A stretch of 64,000 nucleotides of DNA. It comes from Candidatus Bathyarchaeia archaeon. Lineage in GTDB: Archaea; Thermoproteota; Bathyarchaeia; Bathyarchaeales; DTEX01. Below are positions 19,141 through 28,358 of the stretch, in pieces (position 1 is the first letter of the stretch; each line of letters opens with the position of its first letter). The notes under the pieces were generated by a model. It searched no databases, was not told where the DNA came from, and saw nothing but the letters and a program-made list of their open reading frames with translations. The stretch is from NCBI GenBank assembly GCA_038882715.1, contig JAVZNR010000002.1:21093-85092 (forward strand), read 5' to 3'. A program made the translations under genes and the position numbers.

Positions 19141-19656
19141 ATGCCATATTGTAGGCATTGCGGCTTTAAGCTACCGGATGACGCCTTATTCTGCCCCAAC
19201 TGTGGAGCAGCTGTCCCGCCAGCAGCCCCTAAATCTAGGCCGGAGCTGGCCAGCTGGGGTGAGAGAATAGCCGCATACTTTATAGATGTTATTATAATTG
19301 GGCTTATAGTGGTTCCAATGGTCTCCATATTCCTTTTGCCCTGGAGACTTCTGATCGAGGGTTTTGGATGGGATCTCGGTGTATTTGCGAGCTTCAGTCT
19401 CACCAACGTGGTCTCGTTTCTATACTGGACTTTCATGGAGGGGGTTTACGGGCAATCTCTTGGAAAAATGATTCTGAAGATTAAAGTTGTTAGGGCTGAT
19501 GAAAAACCCATGGATATCGCAACAGCGGCCATAGAAAGCCTAGGGAAAGCCTTTCTGCCCCCAATAGACTTCATTTTAGGCTTAATATTATACCCGCAGA
19601 GGCAGCAAAGATTATTTAACTATATATCGAGCACCATTGTCGTTAAAGCTAGTTAA
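19141..19656 (+). CDS. zinc-ribbon + RDD-domain membrane protein
   Basis: CRHCGFKL...FCPNCGA, then ASWGERIAAYFIDVIIIG (RDD-type) with TM helices. Confidence 0.7.
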   Translation: MPYCRHCGFKLPDDALFCPNCGAAVPPAAPKSRPELASWGERIAAYFIDVIIIGLIVVPMVSIFLLPWRLLIEGFGWDLGVFASFSLTNVVSFLYWTFMEGVYGQSLGKMILKIKVVRADEKPMDIATAAIESLGKAFLPPIDFILGLILYPQRQQRLFNYISSTIVVKAS

Positions 19657-19833
19657 GCACCATGACCTTTATAAGGATATACGAGCCCTAGAAAGCCAAT
19701 TCAAAATAGACCTAAGCCTATGAGTTCACTTACCTATATGCGATAAATCCATTGATGTATAGAGATGCTTTAAGAAACATTTATTTTCCGCATGCTAGCA
19801 AAACTTTAGGTATCATGATGGAGGATTATTTGG

Positions 19834-20865
19834 ATGCAGGGGACGTATAGGATAGCGGTTCTCCCCGGTGATGGCATAGGTCCGGAGGTCGTGAGCGCCG
19901 CGGTTGAGGTTTTAAGGGCTGTCCAGAAGGCTGTCAGCGGCTTAAAGTTGGAGATAGTTTACGGCGAGGCCGGATACAACTGCATAGAAAAATACGGAAC
20001 TAATCTCCCACAGAAAACAGTTGAGGTTCTTAGGGGGAGCCATGCTTGCCTTAAGGGGCCTATGACGACGCCTGAGGAGCCGGGTGCTCCGCCGAGCGTT
20101 GCCGTAACCATTAGGAAAATGTTTAATTTGTATGCTAATGTTAGGCCATGTAAGTCCCTTCCAGGGGTCTGGTCCCTTAAGCCCAGCATAGACCTCGTTA
20201 TCGTTAGGGAGAACACTGAAGGCCTTTATTCTGGCGTAGAGTATGAGATTTCGCCCGGAAGAGGCGTTGCCTTAAGGATTGTAACGCGTGAAGCCTCTGA
20301 GAGGGTTGCTAGGTTCGCTTTTAAGCTTGCCGAGAAGCGTAGATGCCATGTGACGTGCGTTCATAAGAGGAATATTCTGCGCGTGACCGATGGCATATTT
20401 AGGGATTCTGTCTTCCGCGTAGCGATGGAATTCTCCTCAGTCCGCGTTGATGAGGAGCATATTGATGCTATGGCTATGAGGCTTATTAAGGAGCCTGAGA
20501 GGTTTGATGTTATTGTGACCACGAATCTTTTCGGCGACATACTTTCCGATGAGGCTGCGCAGATAGCTGGCGGCATAGGGCTTGCCGCCGGGGCGAATAT
20601 AGGCGATAGCTACGGCATGTTTGAGCCTGTTCACGGCTCAGCGCCCAAGCATGCTGGTAAAAATAGGGCTAATCCAATCGCAACTATTCTGGCTGCTAAG
20701 ATGATGCTTGATTGGCTCGGCGAGTATGAGGCGGCTAGGCGCATAGAGACCGCTGTCGAGAAGGTTTTAAGCGAGGGGAAAGTTAAGACATATGATTTAG
20801 GCGGAACAGCGACGACAAGTGATATGGGGAACGCGATAATTGAGAAGATTCTTGAAGAATGCTAA
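19834..20865 (+). CDS. isopropylmalate/homoisocitrate/isocitrate dehydrogenase family protein
   Basis: IAVLPGDGIGPEV, NLFGDILSDEAA and GSAPKHAG motifs. Confidence 0.85.
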   Translation: MQGTYRIAVLPGDGIGPEVVSAAVEVLRAVQKAVSGLKLEIVYGEAGYNCIEKYGTNLPQKTVEVLRGSHACLKGPMTTPEEPGAPPSVAVTIRKMFNLYANVRPCKSLPGVWSLKPSIDLVIVRENTEGLYSGVEYEISPGRGVALRIVTREASERVARFAFKLAEKRRCHVTCVHKRNILRVTDGIFRDSVFRVAMEFSSVRVDEEHIDAMAMRLIKEPERFDVIVTTNLFGDILSDEAAQIAGGIGLAAGANIGDSYGMFEPVHGSAPKHAGKNRANPIATILAAKMMLDWLGEYEAARRIETAVEKVLSEGKVKTYDLGGTATTSDMGNAIIEKILEEC

Positions 20866-20959
20866 TAACCTTAAGGAATAATTTTTATCAATTCTCCTAA
20901 AGATTTTTCAGTATGCTAATTAGCAAAGTTTATATTATATGGATTGAAGTGGTTTAGAT

Positions 20960-21229
20960 ATGAGCAGAAATATATTTGCGATGATTTTCGCGGTTCTAAT
21001 GGCTGCAGTAACGGTTTTAGCGGTAACATGGGGTTTCGAGTTTAATTGGCCGGATTATGTCCATGTGGACTATGGTTTTCCGCTGGTTTGGTGCACTCAC
21101 ACGTTGAATACTATTCATGGTCCGGTTGATGTTTGGAGGGTTGATTTAGCGCCATTAACGGCGGATTTAGCGTTTTGGCTCTCCATAATGATCATGGGGC
21201 TATTCATAATCCTTCTCGTCAAGAGATAA
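20960..21229 (+). CDS. small membrane protein
   Basis: 89 aa with two hydrophobic helices. Confidence 0.4.
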   Translation: MSRNIFAMIFAVLMAAVTVLAVTWGFEFNWPDYVHVDYGFPLVWCTHTLNTIHGPVDVWRVDLAPLTADLAFWLSIMIMGLFIILLVKR

Positions 21230-21246
21230 AAGTGGTGTATCCATCC

Positions 21247-21745
21247 TTAATTGCCGTTTTTCATGGCTACTTTTAATGAAGTTTCGACCTCACTCTCGTC
21301 TTTAATGTTTACGGCTCTTTTTCCCTTTTTCAGGGCGGTGTTTATGAGCTCCTCATCGGCACTTAGAAGCAATTTACTTTCAGAGCATATGCACGTTTGG
21401 ATTTGGAGGGCGTCGGCTTCGTAGATATGCTCCTCTAAGATTAAGGGCCAGCCCTCTACAAATATAGATGTTAAAACAGGGATTATTTCTATGCTTTTCA
21501 GGCGGAGTAGCCCCGTATTTCGCTTAAGAACCCCGTAAGAGTTCTATTGAATTCGTTTTCATCAAGCCATTTTCTCCTTCTTCTAATATCGAGAACTCCT
21601 AGCACCTCGCCGATGTTCCAGATGGATGTTGCTATAAGCAATTCTCCTTCCCAGCATTTATCGAATATTTTGTCTCGGCGGGGCTTCCGGGTTCTGAGAT
21701 GTATCTTTTAACTATTGCGCTGCTGTCAAGATAAACCTTTAGCAA
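21247..21745 (-). pseudogene. vapC: PIN-domain toxin VapC, two frameshifts
   Basis: The TTG start overlaps the vapB stop. PIN-like segments lie in three frames:
- (M)LKVYLDSSAIVKRYISEPGS
- DKIFDKCWEGELLIATSIWNIGEVLGVLD...FLSEIR
- LLRLKSIEIIPVL...YEADALQIQTCI...LLLSADEELINTALKKG

No ORF of 60 aa or more is present here in the track. Confidence 0.7.
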
Positions 21746-22025
21746 TGGGGTTTCCCCTCATCTCTCTGATGAGGAGCTCGGCGGCTGGTCCTCTCAGCGT
21801 AGGTCTTTCCCGCTTTATCTCTTCTGGAGACTTTAGGGTTTTAATGTTGGCGTTGATTCTTTTAAGGGCTTGCCTAACCTCTTCGTCGACTAGGGTTTCT
21901 CTCAATAGGTTTTCAACCTCATTGCTTAGCTTCCTTAATGTTCCATGCTTCCTTAGAACTGTATCCTTGAATTTAGCCCATAATTCCTCGTCTATGTATA
22001 GGCTGATTTTTCTCATGGATGCCAC
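21726..22025 (-). CDS. vapB: RHH-type antitoxin (VapB-like)
   Basis: MRKISLYIDEELWAKFKDTVLRKHGTLRKLSNEVENLL; lies directly upstream of and overlaps the PIN remnant. Confidence 0.6.
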   Translation of the reverse strand: MASMRKISLYIDEELWAKFKDTVLRKHGTLRKLSNEVENLLRETLVDEEVRQALKRINANIKTLKSPEEIKRERPTLRGPAAELLIREMRGNPIAKGLS

Positions 22026-22080
22026 TAGAGAACTATACTGGTAGACCAGTATTTAAGTTGATCTAGACGGCTGGGTTGCG

Positions 22081-22842
22081 CTATTTCTTCTCGGTTTCTA
22101 GGTATTTGTTGATGGGGTCTTTTAGGAGTTCACTGTATTTTTCTTTGACTTTTTTCATGTCCCATCGCTCCTTTTCGCTGTATTTTAGGGTTTGGGATTC
22201 TGCTGCTTCCTTAACTGTCCCGACTATGTCGGCGTATCCTGATTCTGTGTTGACTTCTACGACGTATGTGTTGTCTTCTAGGTGGACTAGGACCCATGCG
22301 TGGCTGACCGCTTCTTCCTCGTTGTCTCTTGAGATTGTTCCGCGTCCCATGCTGACTTTGAAGCCTTTCTCCTCCAGGTATTTCATTAGGATTGCGCTCT
22401 TCTCTCCGCACTCAATCTTGGCTTTTGGCGGGCGATACTCTTCCTTGAAACGCACGCTTTCTAGCGCTTCTTTTAGGCTTTTTAGGTCTGTTATGTCTAG
22501 GAAGACTTCTACGCCTGAGAGGAGCTGGTATGGCGTGATCCACGCGTTGTCTTCTTTTGTGGCTGTTTCTATTGTGCCGTCTGGGAGCCATGTTTTATAC
22601 GTGGTTATCTTTGTGACTTTTATTATCGGGGTTGCGAAGAAGATTAGAAGCGAGAGCGATGCGCATAGGGCTGCTGCTAGGAGAATTTTTAGTTGGTTTA
22701 TTGCTTTCACGCTCAAATATCGGTTTATTGATTGGTGTTTAATAAGGTTTATGGGTTTGACTGTGGGTTTCGCGGTTGTCCGTTTTTCTTTTTTTCCTTT
22801 CTGTCCGTTTTTCTTACTTCCAGCATGCTTAATTAAATGCAA
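22081..22842 (-). CDS. membrane-anchored transglutaminase-like (Cys-His) protein
   Basis: Basic N-terminus and one TM helix, then ECGEKSAILMKYLEEKGF...SHAWVLVHLED, which resembles the transglutaminase-core Cys...His...Asp arrangement. Confidence 0.5.
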   Translation of the reverse strand: MHLIKHAGSKKNGQKGKKEKRTTAKPTVKPINLIKHQSINRYLSVKAINQLKILLAAALCASLSLLIFFATPIIKVTKITTYKTWLPDGTIETATKEDNAWITPYQLLSGVEVFLDITDLKSLKEALESVRFKEEYRPPKAKIECGEKSAILMKYLEEKGFKVSMGRGTISRDNEEEAVSHAWVLVHLEDNTYVVEVNTESGYADIVGTVKEAAESQTLKYSEKERWDMKKVKEKYSELLKDPINKYLETEKK

Positions 22843-22944
22843 TTATATAGGAAGGTATATATGTTACTAATATAGATTTATAATCTTGATTGATTTGAGG
22901 CCTCCGGCCGATTCTCACGTTCTCGGTCTGGGGTTTCAATAGAA

Positions 22945-23190
22945 ATGTTAGAGCAGATATCAATGGATGCGGCAGGCTTAAGGGATAGGGAAGAAGGTGA
23001 GGGTGCGTTTAAGGCTGGTGCTAGGAAGGCTCGTGTTAGGTTTGGCGCGGTCTCCCTACCGCTTAAGATCCTTGAAGAGATAGACAATCTCATTAAAGAT
23101 CTCGGCTACTGGCCTAGCCGCTCAGCCTTCGTCCGGGAAGCCTGCCTAGAGAAGATCAAGCGGGAAAAAGAGAGACTAAAAGAGCTATAA
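22945..23190 (+). CDS. CopG/RHH family transcriptional regulator
   Basis: VSLPLKILEEIDNLIKDLGYWPSRSAFVREACLEKI is a typical ribbon-helix-helix. Confidence 0.6.
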   Translation: MLEQISMDAAGLRDREEGEGAFKAGARKARVRFGAVSLPLKILEEIDNLIKDLGYWPSRSAFVREACLEKIKREKERLKEL

Positions 23191-23253
23191 GGAAAGCTGA
23201 ATGGAGGCCTCAAACCGATCGGAAAAATATGAAAGGAGGAAAAGGGTGCGAAT

Positions 23254-25947
23254 ATGAAGGGTAAGATTGGCTTACTGATGCTGGCAATCCTGATGGTATT
23301 GGTGTTAGCGTCTTTCCCAATTTATTCTATGGCTGTGGAAGCGGTCATATGGACTGATAAGAGCGATTACACGCCTGGAGAAACTGTGATAATTCATGGA
23401 GCAAACTTCGCATCGATCTCAAATATCACGATAACTATTTTGAGACCGGATAATACCATAGACACATTATATATTGCGTCTGATGATGAAGGGAAATTCA
23501 TAGCAGAATACCAGTTAGATGGGATAGAGGGCGAATATAAGGTAACAGCAACAGACGGAATAAACACGGCGGAAACAACATTTACAGATGCTGTAAACAT
23601 CAATTGGGTTAAACCCTCAGGTTCAAGTTATCCTCCAGAAAAAGAGAACTTTTTAACAACAGAAGATGTTTATGCCGTTGTATATTCTGGCAGTGGGTCT
23701 GGAAAAAATAGTTTTAGAATTTATATTGTGTCAAATGAACCAATAACGGGAAAGGATTTAAATGATACTTCCGGTGGATATGAGACTTTTACAATAGATA
23801 ATCAAGGAACTCACGGACCCTTCCTAATTTGGAAAGCTCCAACTAAAGCAGGCACATATTACATAGTAGTCGACGACAACGAAAATGGAAAATATGATGG
23901 AGGCGACGTGTACTGTTCTTTCACCATATCGACTCCACTAGCGGAGCTTAAGGCAGATTTGAGTATAGTGAAGAGCGGTCCATATTATGCTCATGTTGGC
24001 GATGAAATAACTTTCACATTTAGTGTAAACAATTCTGGCCCGGACAGCGCAGCTAATGTGGCAGTCACCGATGATAAGGCTGGAAAAGCCACATATGTAA
24101 ACGGCGACACCAATGGTAACGGAATGCTTGATGTTGTCGAAACCTGGATCTTCACAGCCACATACAAAGTTTTAGAAACAGATCCAGATCCACTAGTGAA
24201 CACGGCAGAAGTAACCAGTGAAGTTAACGATCCAGATGAAAACAATAACCAAGCAACCTGGACAGTTGACATACTACATCCGAATATAACCGTTTCCAAG
24301 AGCGGCCCACAATATGCCCATGAGGGTGACACTATCACCTACACTATTACGATTACGAATCCGTCCACCGATACTATCATGTACAAGGTTTCGGTAGTTG
24401 ACTCGCTTCTCGGCAATATTTCAGCGAGCTTCCCTGAGAGTTTGGCTCCCGGCGCATCTGAAACAAAGACTTTCACCTATAATGTTCCATCCCCCAGCGG
24501 TGACATAACAAATACTGTTACAGTAAAGTATAAAGATGACCTCAACTTTGAGGTGACTAAGACTGCTTCTTGGTCTATTGACGTTCTACATCCGAGCATA
24601 GATGTTATTAAGACGGCAAATGTGACTATGATTCATGAGGGCGACTGGGTTGAATATAATGTTACTGTTGTTAACACCGGCGACTGCAACCTTACCGTCA
24701 CGCTTGAGGATGAACTGCTCGGCATAAGCTGGAGTGGAACGCTTAAGCCGGGCGAGAAGCATGAGGAAATAGTCCCCATTCAGCCGACAGAAGATCCAAC
24801 AGAGAACACGGCTAACGCCACCGGAACGGATGCTTTGGGCGGAAAAGTTTCAGACTCCGCTTCTTGGAAGGTTGACATTCTCCACCCAAAGATTATGGTT
24901 ACGAAGGTTGCCAATGTTACTAGGGCTTACGCCGGGTACGTAATCGAATACACTATTAATGTGATTAATATCGGCGACTGCCCACTGTACAACGTGAACG
25001 TTACAGACACATTGCTTGGCACACTGCCCACTAACGGATTCCTAGGTGTCGGCGAAAGCGAAAGCAAGACATTCACTAAGACATATACTGTTGAGGCTGG
25101 AGACTCAGATCCGCTAGTGAACAATGTCACCGCAGAGGGCAAAGACGCCTTAGGCCTATTTGTTTCAGCCAATGCCAGCGCCTCAGTAGACTTGATCGCC
25201 AAGATATGTGGATACAAATTCTATGACGCTAACGCGAATGGCGTATGGGATTATGGCGAGCTAGGTGTTGCAGGGATAAAAATAGAGCTATGGCTCGGCG
25301 GCTCAAAGATTAATGAGATAACAACCGGCTCTGATGGAAGCTACTGCTTTGATGAATTAGATGCTGGAAACTATACTATTGTAGAGGTTCTGCCCGATAA
25401 CTGGGCGAACACGACGCCAACCAGCATAACAGTTGAGCTCAAGTCGGGAGAAATAAGCAAGGACAATAACTTTGGAAACGTTTGCTTAAAGCCTGGCTAT
25501 GGCGGTAGGACATTGGGCTACTGGGCTAATGCAGGCAACAAGCTAATCACGAAAGAAGACGTAATCTATCTTAACAGCCTGAACCTATATAAGCCAAGTG
25601 GATGGTATCCGCCATTCACCACCAATAACGGCAATAATGGCCTTCTGACTGCGAGAAGCCAGATTAGAACCTATCTGCTTAGGGCTACAGCAAGAGATAT
25701 GAGGTGGATGCTATCAGCCCAGCTAATCGCCACAGCGCTAAATGTCCGCCACAGATACCTAAGCAACTCAACAATAGTCTACGTTGGGCCGTCAACATAT
25801 GTGCCAAGCGGCTTCATAACAATTGAAGAAATAATTATTAATGCTAATACAGCGCTATCGAACGGAGCCGAGCAGGAGTACTGGAAGAATATACTCGACG
25901 CCTTAAACAACAATAGGCTGAAATTTGTCTGCCAAAATCCCTGCTAA
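23254..25947 (+). CDS. large secreted surface protein with four DUF11-type repeats and an SdrD/Cna-B-like domain
   Basis: - Signal peptide.
- Four units of about 100 aa (aa 233-646), each starting near (V/I)D(I/V)LHP-x-I-x-V-x-K...HEGD.
- Then GYKFYDANANGVWDYGE...GSDGSYCFDELDAGNYTIVEVLP (SdrD B-like).
- Many N-x-S/T sequons. Confidence 0.8.
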   Translation: MKGKIGLLMLAILMVLVLASFPIYSMAVEAVIWTDKSDYTPGETVIIHGANFASISNITITILRPDNTIDTLYIASDDEGKFIAEYQLDGIEGEYKVTATDGINTAETTFTDAVNINWVKPSGSSYPPEKENFLTTEDVYAVVYSGSGSGKNSFRIYIVSNEPITGKDLNDTSGGYETFTIDNQGTHGPFLIWKAPTKAGTYYIVVDDNENGKYDGGDVYCSFTISTPLAELKADLSIVKSGPYYAHVGDEITFTFSVNNSGPDSAANVAVTDDKAGKATYVNGDTNGNGMLDVVETWIFTATYKVLETDPDPLVNTAEVTSEVNDPDENNNQATWTVDILHPNITVSKSGPQYAHEGDTITYTITITNPSTDTIMYKVSVVDSLLGNISASFPESLAPGASETKTFTYNVPSPSGDITNTVTVKYKDDLNFEVTKTASWSIDVLHPSIDVIKTANVTMIHEGDWVEYNVTVVNTGDCNLTVTLEDELLGISWSGTLKPGEKHEEIVPIQPTEDPTENTANATGTDALGGKVSDSASWKVDILHPKIMVTKVANVTRAYAGYVIEYTINVINIGDCPLYNVNVTDTLLGTLPTNGFLGVGESESKTFTKTYTVEAGDSDPLVNNVTAEGKDALGLFVSANASASVDLIAKICGYKFYDANANGVWDYGELGVAGIKIELWLGGSKINEITTGSDGSYCFDELDAGNYTIVEVLPDNWANTTPTSITVELKSGEISKDNNFGNVCLKPGYGGRTLGYWANAGNKLITKEDVIYLNSLNLYKPSGWYPPFTTNNGNNGLLTARSQIRTYLLRATARDMRWMLSAQLIATALNVRHRYLSNSTIVYVGPSTYVPSGFITIEEIIINANTALSNGAEQEYWKNILDALNNNRLKFVCQNPC
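23950..25191 (+). repeat. four tandem protein-domain repeats (DUF11-like) inside the 897-aa gene
   Basis: Unit boundaries are KADLSIVKSGPYYAHVGD, DILHPNITVSKSGPQYAHEGD, DVLHPSIDVIKTANVTMIHEGD and DILHPKIMVTKVANVTRAYAG. The units are divergent at DNA level. Confidence 0.75.
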
Positions 25948-26126
25948 CCGATAACATACCCATAAGAGGGTGAGGGCTAATAAAGCCCTTTAAACCCAAT
26001 CCCCCTCTTTTTTTATTTATATACCTCCGCCCGATAAGAGCCTCTAGAAGCCCCGGAGAAATGGAAACTCTTATATTTGCTTAACAATATACATCATTAT
26101 TAAACGACATAAAAGGAGAATATTTT

Positions 26127-27251
26127 ATGGGGAGATTCAACTTTTCTAACACTGCGCTTTTAACCGTGCTTCCCCTCTCTCTTCTGCTAATAGCCCTCTT
26201 ATTCAATTCAGTAGCAGTCTACGCCAAACCAGATAACGGCTCAGGCTCAACAATTGAAATAAGTAACGGCATATTAACAGTGTATGTTGAGAACGAAACC
26301 GGCTTCGGTATCGGATCATACACTATTTGTACCGGACCAAACCATCCAGCTCCCGACAAAAACGTCTTTTACGGAGGCTCAGTCGGCAGCGCTTGGTCAT
26401 CATACAACACAATAGTTGTTAACGAGACAAAGAGAATGTACGTCACAACATCATATAAGGAGATTATACCCGACCCCAACTATACCGTGATATGCCTAGA
26501 CGAGAATTTAACCTCAATCCACCACACTAATAGAATAGTTGTTATCAAATGGAGGACTGATGAGAACCTCTTCATTACGCAGGAGATTGAGATCTTAGGC
26601 TCAACAATTCACGACACATACGTTAGAGTAACGGTGTCCATAAAGAATGAGGGCAGCCAGAAGTATACTGTTGGCATAAGATACCTCTGGGATATTATGA
26701 TCGCAGATAACGACGGCTCATGGCTTAGAACCGTTAATCCCAGCTCCAATTGGCTCAGCAGCGAGACTGACTGGCTCCCACCAGACTTCAGTTATTGGGA
26801 GGCAACAGACAACCCAAACAACCCAACATTCACGATCTACGGCTCCATCAGCGAACCATCTTGGCTCAGAATACCGGCAACCCCACCCAAAGGATTCATG
26901 TTCGCCGCATGGGGCGGAGGCTCAAACCCTAACCCAGGCCTATATGACTATGCATATAGCTTCTCACACTTAGCGAGAACTATCGCTGATTCCAACCTGG
27001 ATAGCGCCGTCGCATATTATTGGGAGAAAAAGATAGACGTCGGTGAAAACTGGAGCGTAACGGCGTACCTCTGTACCTCACCTCCCCTTCCGCCTCCCGT
27101 AGGCGGCTTCATCATAGATTCAGATCTAAGTATCACCAATCATAGTTGGACTTTACACATCAATTCCCTAGCCATACTCACACTCCTCTTAAGCGCAACC
27201 ATCTTGACCATAGTCTCCTATAAATCCAAGTTTCGAAAAAGAAAACAATAA
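26127..27251 (+). CDS. secreted protein with C-terminal TM anchor and basic tail
   Basis: N-terminal signal peptide; C-terminal PPLPPPVGGF...LAILTLLLSATILTIVSYKSKFRKRKQ. Confidence 0.5.
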   Translation: MGRFNFSNTALLTVLPLSLLLIALLFNSVAVYAKPDNGSGSTIEISNGILTVYVENETGFGIGSYTICTGPNHPAPDKNVFYGGSVGSAWSSYNTIVVNETKRMYVTTSYKEIIPDPNYTVICLDENLTSIHHTNRIVVIKWRTDENLFITQEIEILGSTIHDTYVRVTVSIKNEGSQKYTVGIRYLWDIMIADNDGSWLRTVNPSSNWLSSETDWLPPDFSYWEATDNPNNPTFTIYGSISEPSWLRIPATPPKGFMFAAWGGGSNPNPGLYDYAYSFSHLARTIADSNLDSAVAYYWEKKIDVGENWSVTAYLCTSPPLPPPVGGFIIDSDLSITNHSWTLHINSLAILTLLLSATILTIVSYKSKFRKRKQ

Positions 27252-27443
27252 TTAACAGTAGTTGGCTCCATAAGAGCGATTCTAGCGATTCTAAGGAGGC
27301 TACTAATACTCTCAACATAACTCCAATATTAAGCATCATCCTGCTCCATCTTACTCCAAAGCCACTACGCTTTTCTCAGCATCATCCCGCTAGGCGTTAA
27401 CCCTTAAATACCCCTAAACCCACACTAAACATGTTAGCAAAGA

Positions 27444-28358
27444 GTGAACCAAGTAATGGAGTCTTTAAAGAGAGAGTTCCTAGAACTACTGGATAAGGAC
27501 TTGGAGTTCCGCTACGCTGTTGCAGGCTACCTAGGGCTATCTGAGATACTCAAGAGACTTGACACCTTAGCCGAAGAACAAGTAAGATTAGCCAAAGAAC
27601 AAATAGAGCTTAGAAGAGAGCAGGCTAAGCTAGCCGAAGAACAAGTCAAACTCAGAGAAGAACAGACAAAAATATGGACAGAGATGAGAGCGCTGAGGGA
27701 GGAGCAGGCAAAGATATGGACTGAGATTAAAGCGCTAAGAGAAGAACAGACAAAAATATGGATGGAGATAGCTAGGCTTAGAGAGGAGCAAACAAAAATA
27801 TGGACAGAGATCTCCGGACTCAGGGAGGAGCAGACAAGAATATGGGCTGAGATAAAGGCGCTTAGAGAGGAGCAGACGAAGATTTGGGCTGAGATAGCTG
27901 GGCTTAGAGAGGACTTCAATAAAATGAGGGAGGACTTCAATAGGATGTATAGGCAGCTGGATATTAGGCTTACCAGGGTTGAGCGCACATTAGAGAAGAT
28001 AACATTAGATATTGAGGAGGAGGCTAGAATCATAGTTAAGTATAGGCTTAGGGAGATGGGCTACGAGGTCGAAGTAGGCTCACTAATATTGCCAGAAGCC
28101 GAAATAAACATTTACGGCGCCTCAGATGAGATATGCGTTATAGGCGAAGCATCCGTCAGAGCGCCCGCAAACATAGTAGACAAAATAAACAGTAACCTCG
28201 AGAAACTAAGAACCCTATACCCAGACACGCTAAGGCCGAAAATATTGAAGGTCGTTTACACGAGCCTAGCCATGCCAGACCTAATTGAGAGAGCCGAGAA
28301 AGAGGGCATATGGGTTCTAAAGGCAACAGGCGACATCGTTAAGCCTAAGAATTTATAA
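27444..28358 (+). CDS. coiled-coil repeat protein with C-terminal PD-(D/E)xK-like domain (DUF3782-like architecture)
   Basis: GTG start. Six 14-aa REEQTKIWTEIxxL units. The C-terminal block YEVEVGSLILPEAEINIYGASDEICVIGEASVRA...KVVYTSLA...GIWVLKATG is nuclease-fold-like. Confidence 0.55.
   Translation: MNQVMESLKREFLELLDKDLEFRYAVAGYLGLSEILKRLDTLAEEQVRLAKEQIELRREQAKLAEEQVKLREEQTKIWTEMRALREEQAKIWTEIKALREEQTKIWMEIARLREEQTKIWTEISGLREEQTRIWAEIKALREEQTKIWAEIAGLREDFNKMREDFNRMYRQLDIRLTRVERTLEKITLDIEEEARIIVKYRLREMGYEVEVGSLILPEAEINIYGASDEICVIGEASVRAPANIVDKINSNLEKLRTLYPDTLRPKILKVVYTSLAMPDLIERAEKEGIWVLKATGDIVKPKNL
27654..27905 (+). repeat. six in-frame 42-bp tandem repeats
   Basis: Units start at 27654, 27696, 27738, 27780, 27822 and 27864. 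Differences are mostly synonymous (aga/agg, gaa/gag, aaa/aag). Confidence 0.85.

Noticed and set aside
22076-22870. 264-aa plus-strand ORF fully overlapping the 253-aa minus-strand ORF
   Set aside because: Its S/F/L/R-rich low-complexity translation has no motif. The minus-strand partner has a TM anchor, a Cys...His transglutaminase-like core and normal K/E-rich composition. I treat it as an antisense shadow ORF.
26127-27251. C-terminus considered as a PGF-CTERM/archaeosortase sorting signal
   Set aside because: There is a TM helix and a basic tail. However, no PGF-type motif lies immediately before the helix; the nearest GGF is about 25 residues upstream. I call it only a C-terminal anchor.
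27654-27905. Regular 42-bp tandem repeats considered as a possible CRISPR-like array
   Set aside because: The units are contiguous with no spacers. They are in frame within a long ORF and vary mainly at synonymous positions. This is a protein coiled-coil repeat, not CRISPR.
27527-28033. 168-aa minus-strand ORF with a striking repeated SSLS... pattern
   Set aside because: It is the antisense reading of the 42-bp coding repeats of the 27444-28358 gene. The periodicity is inherited, not independent.
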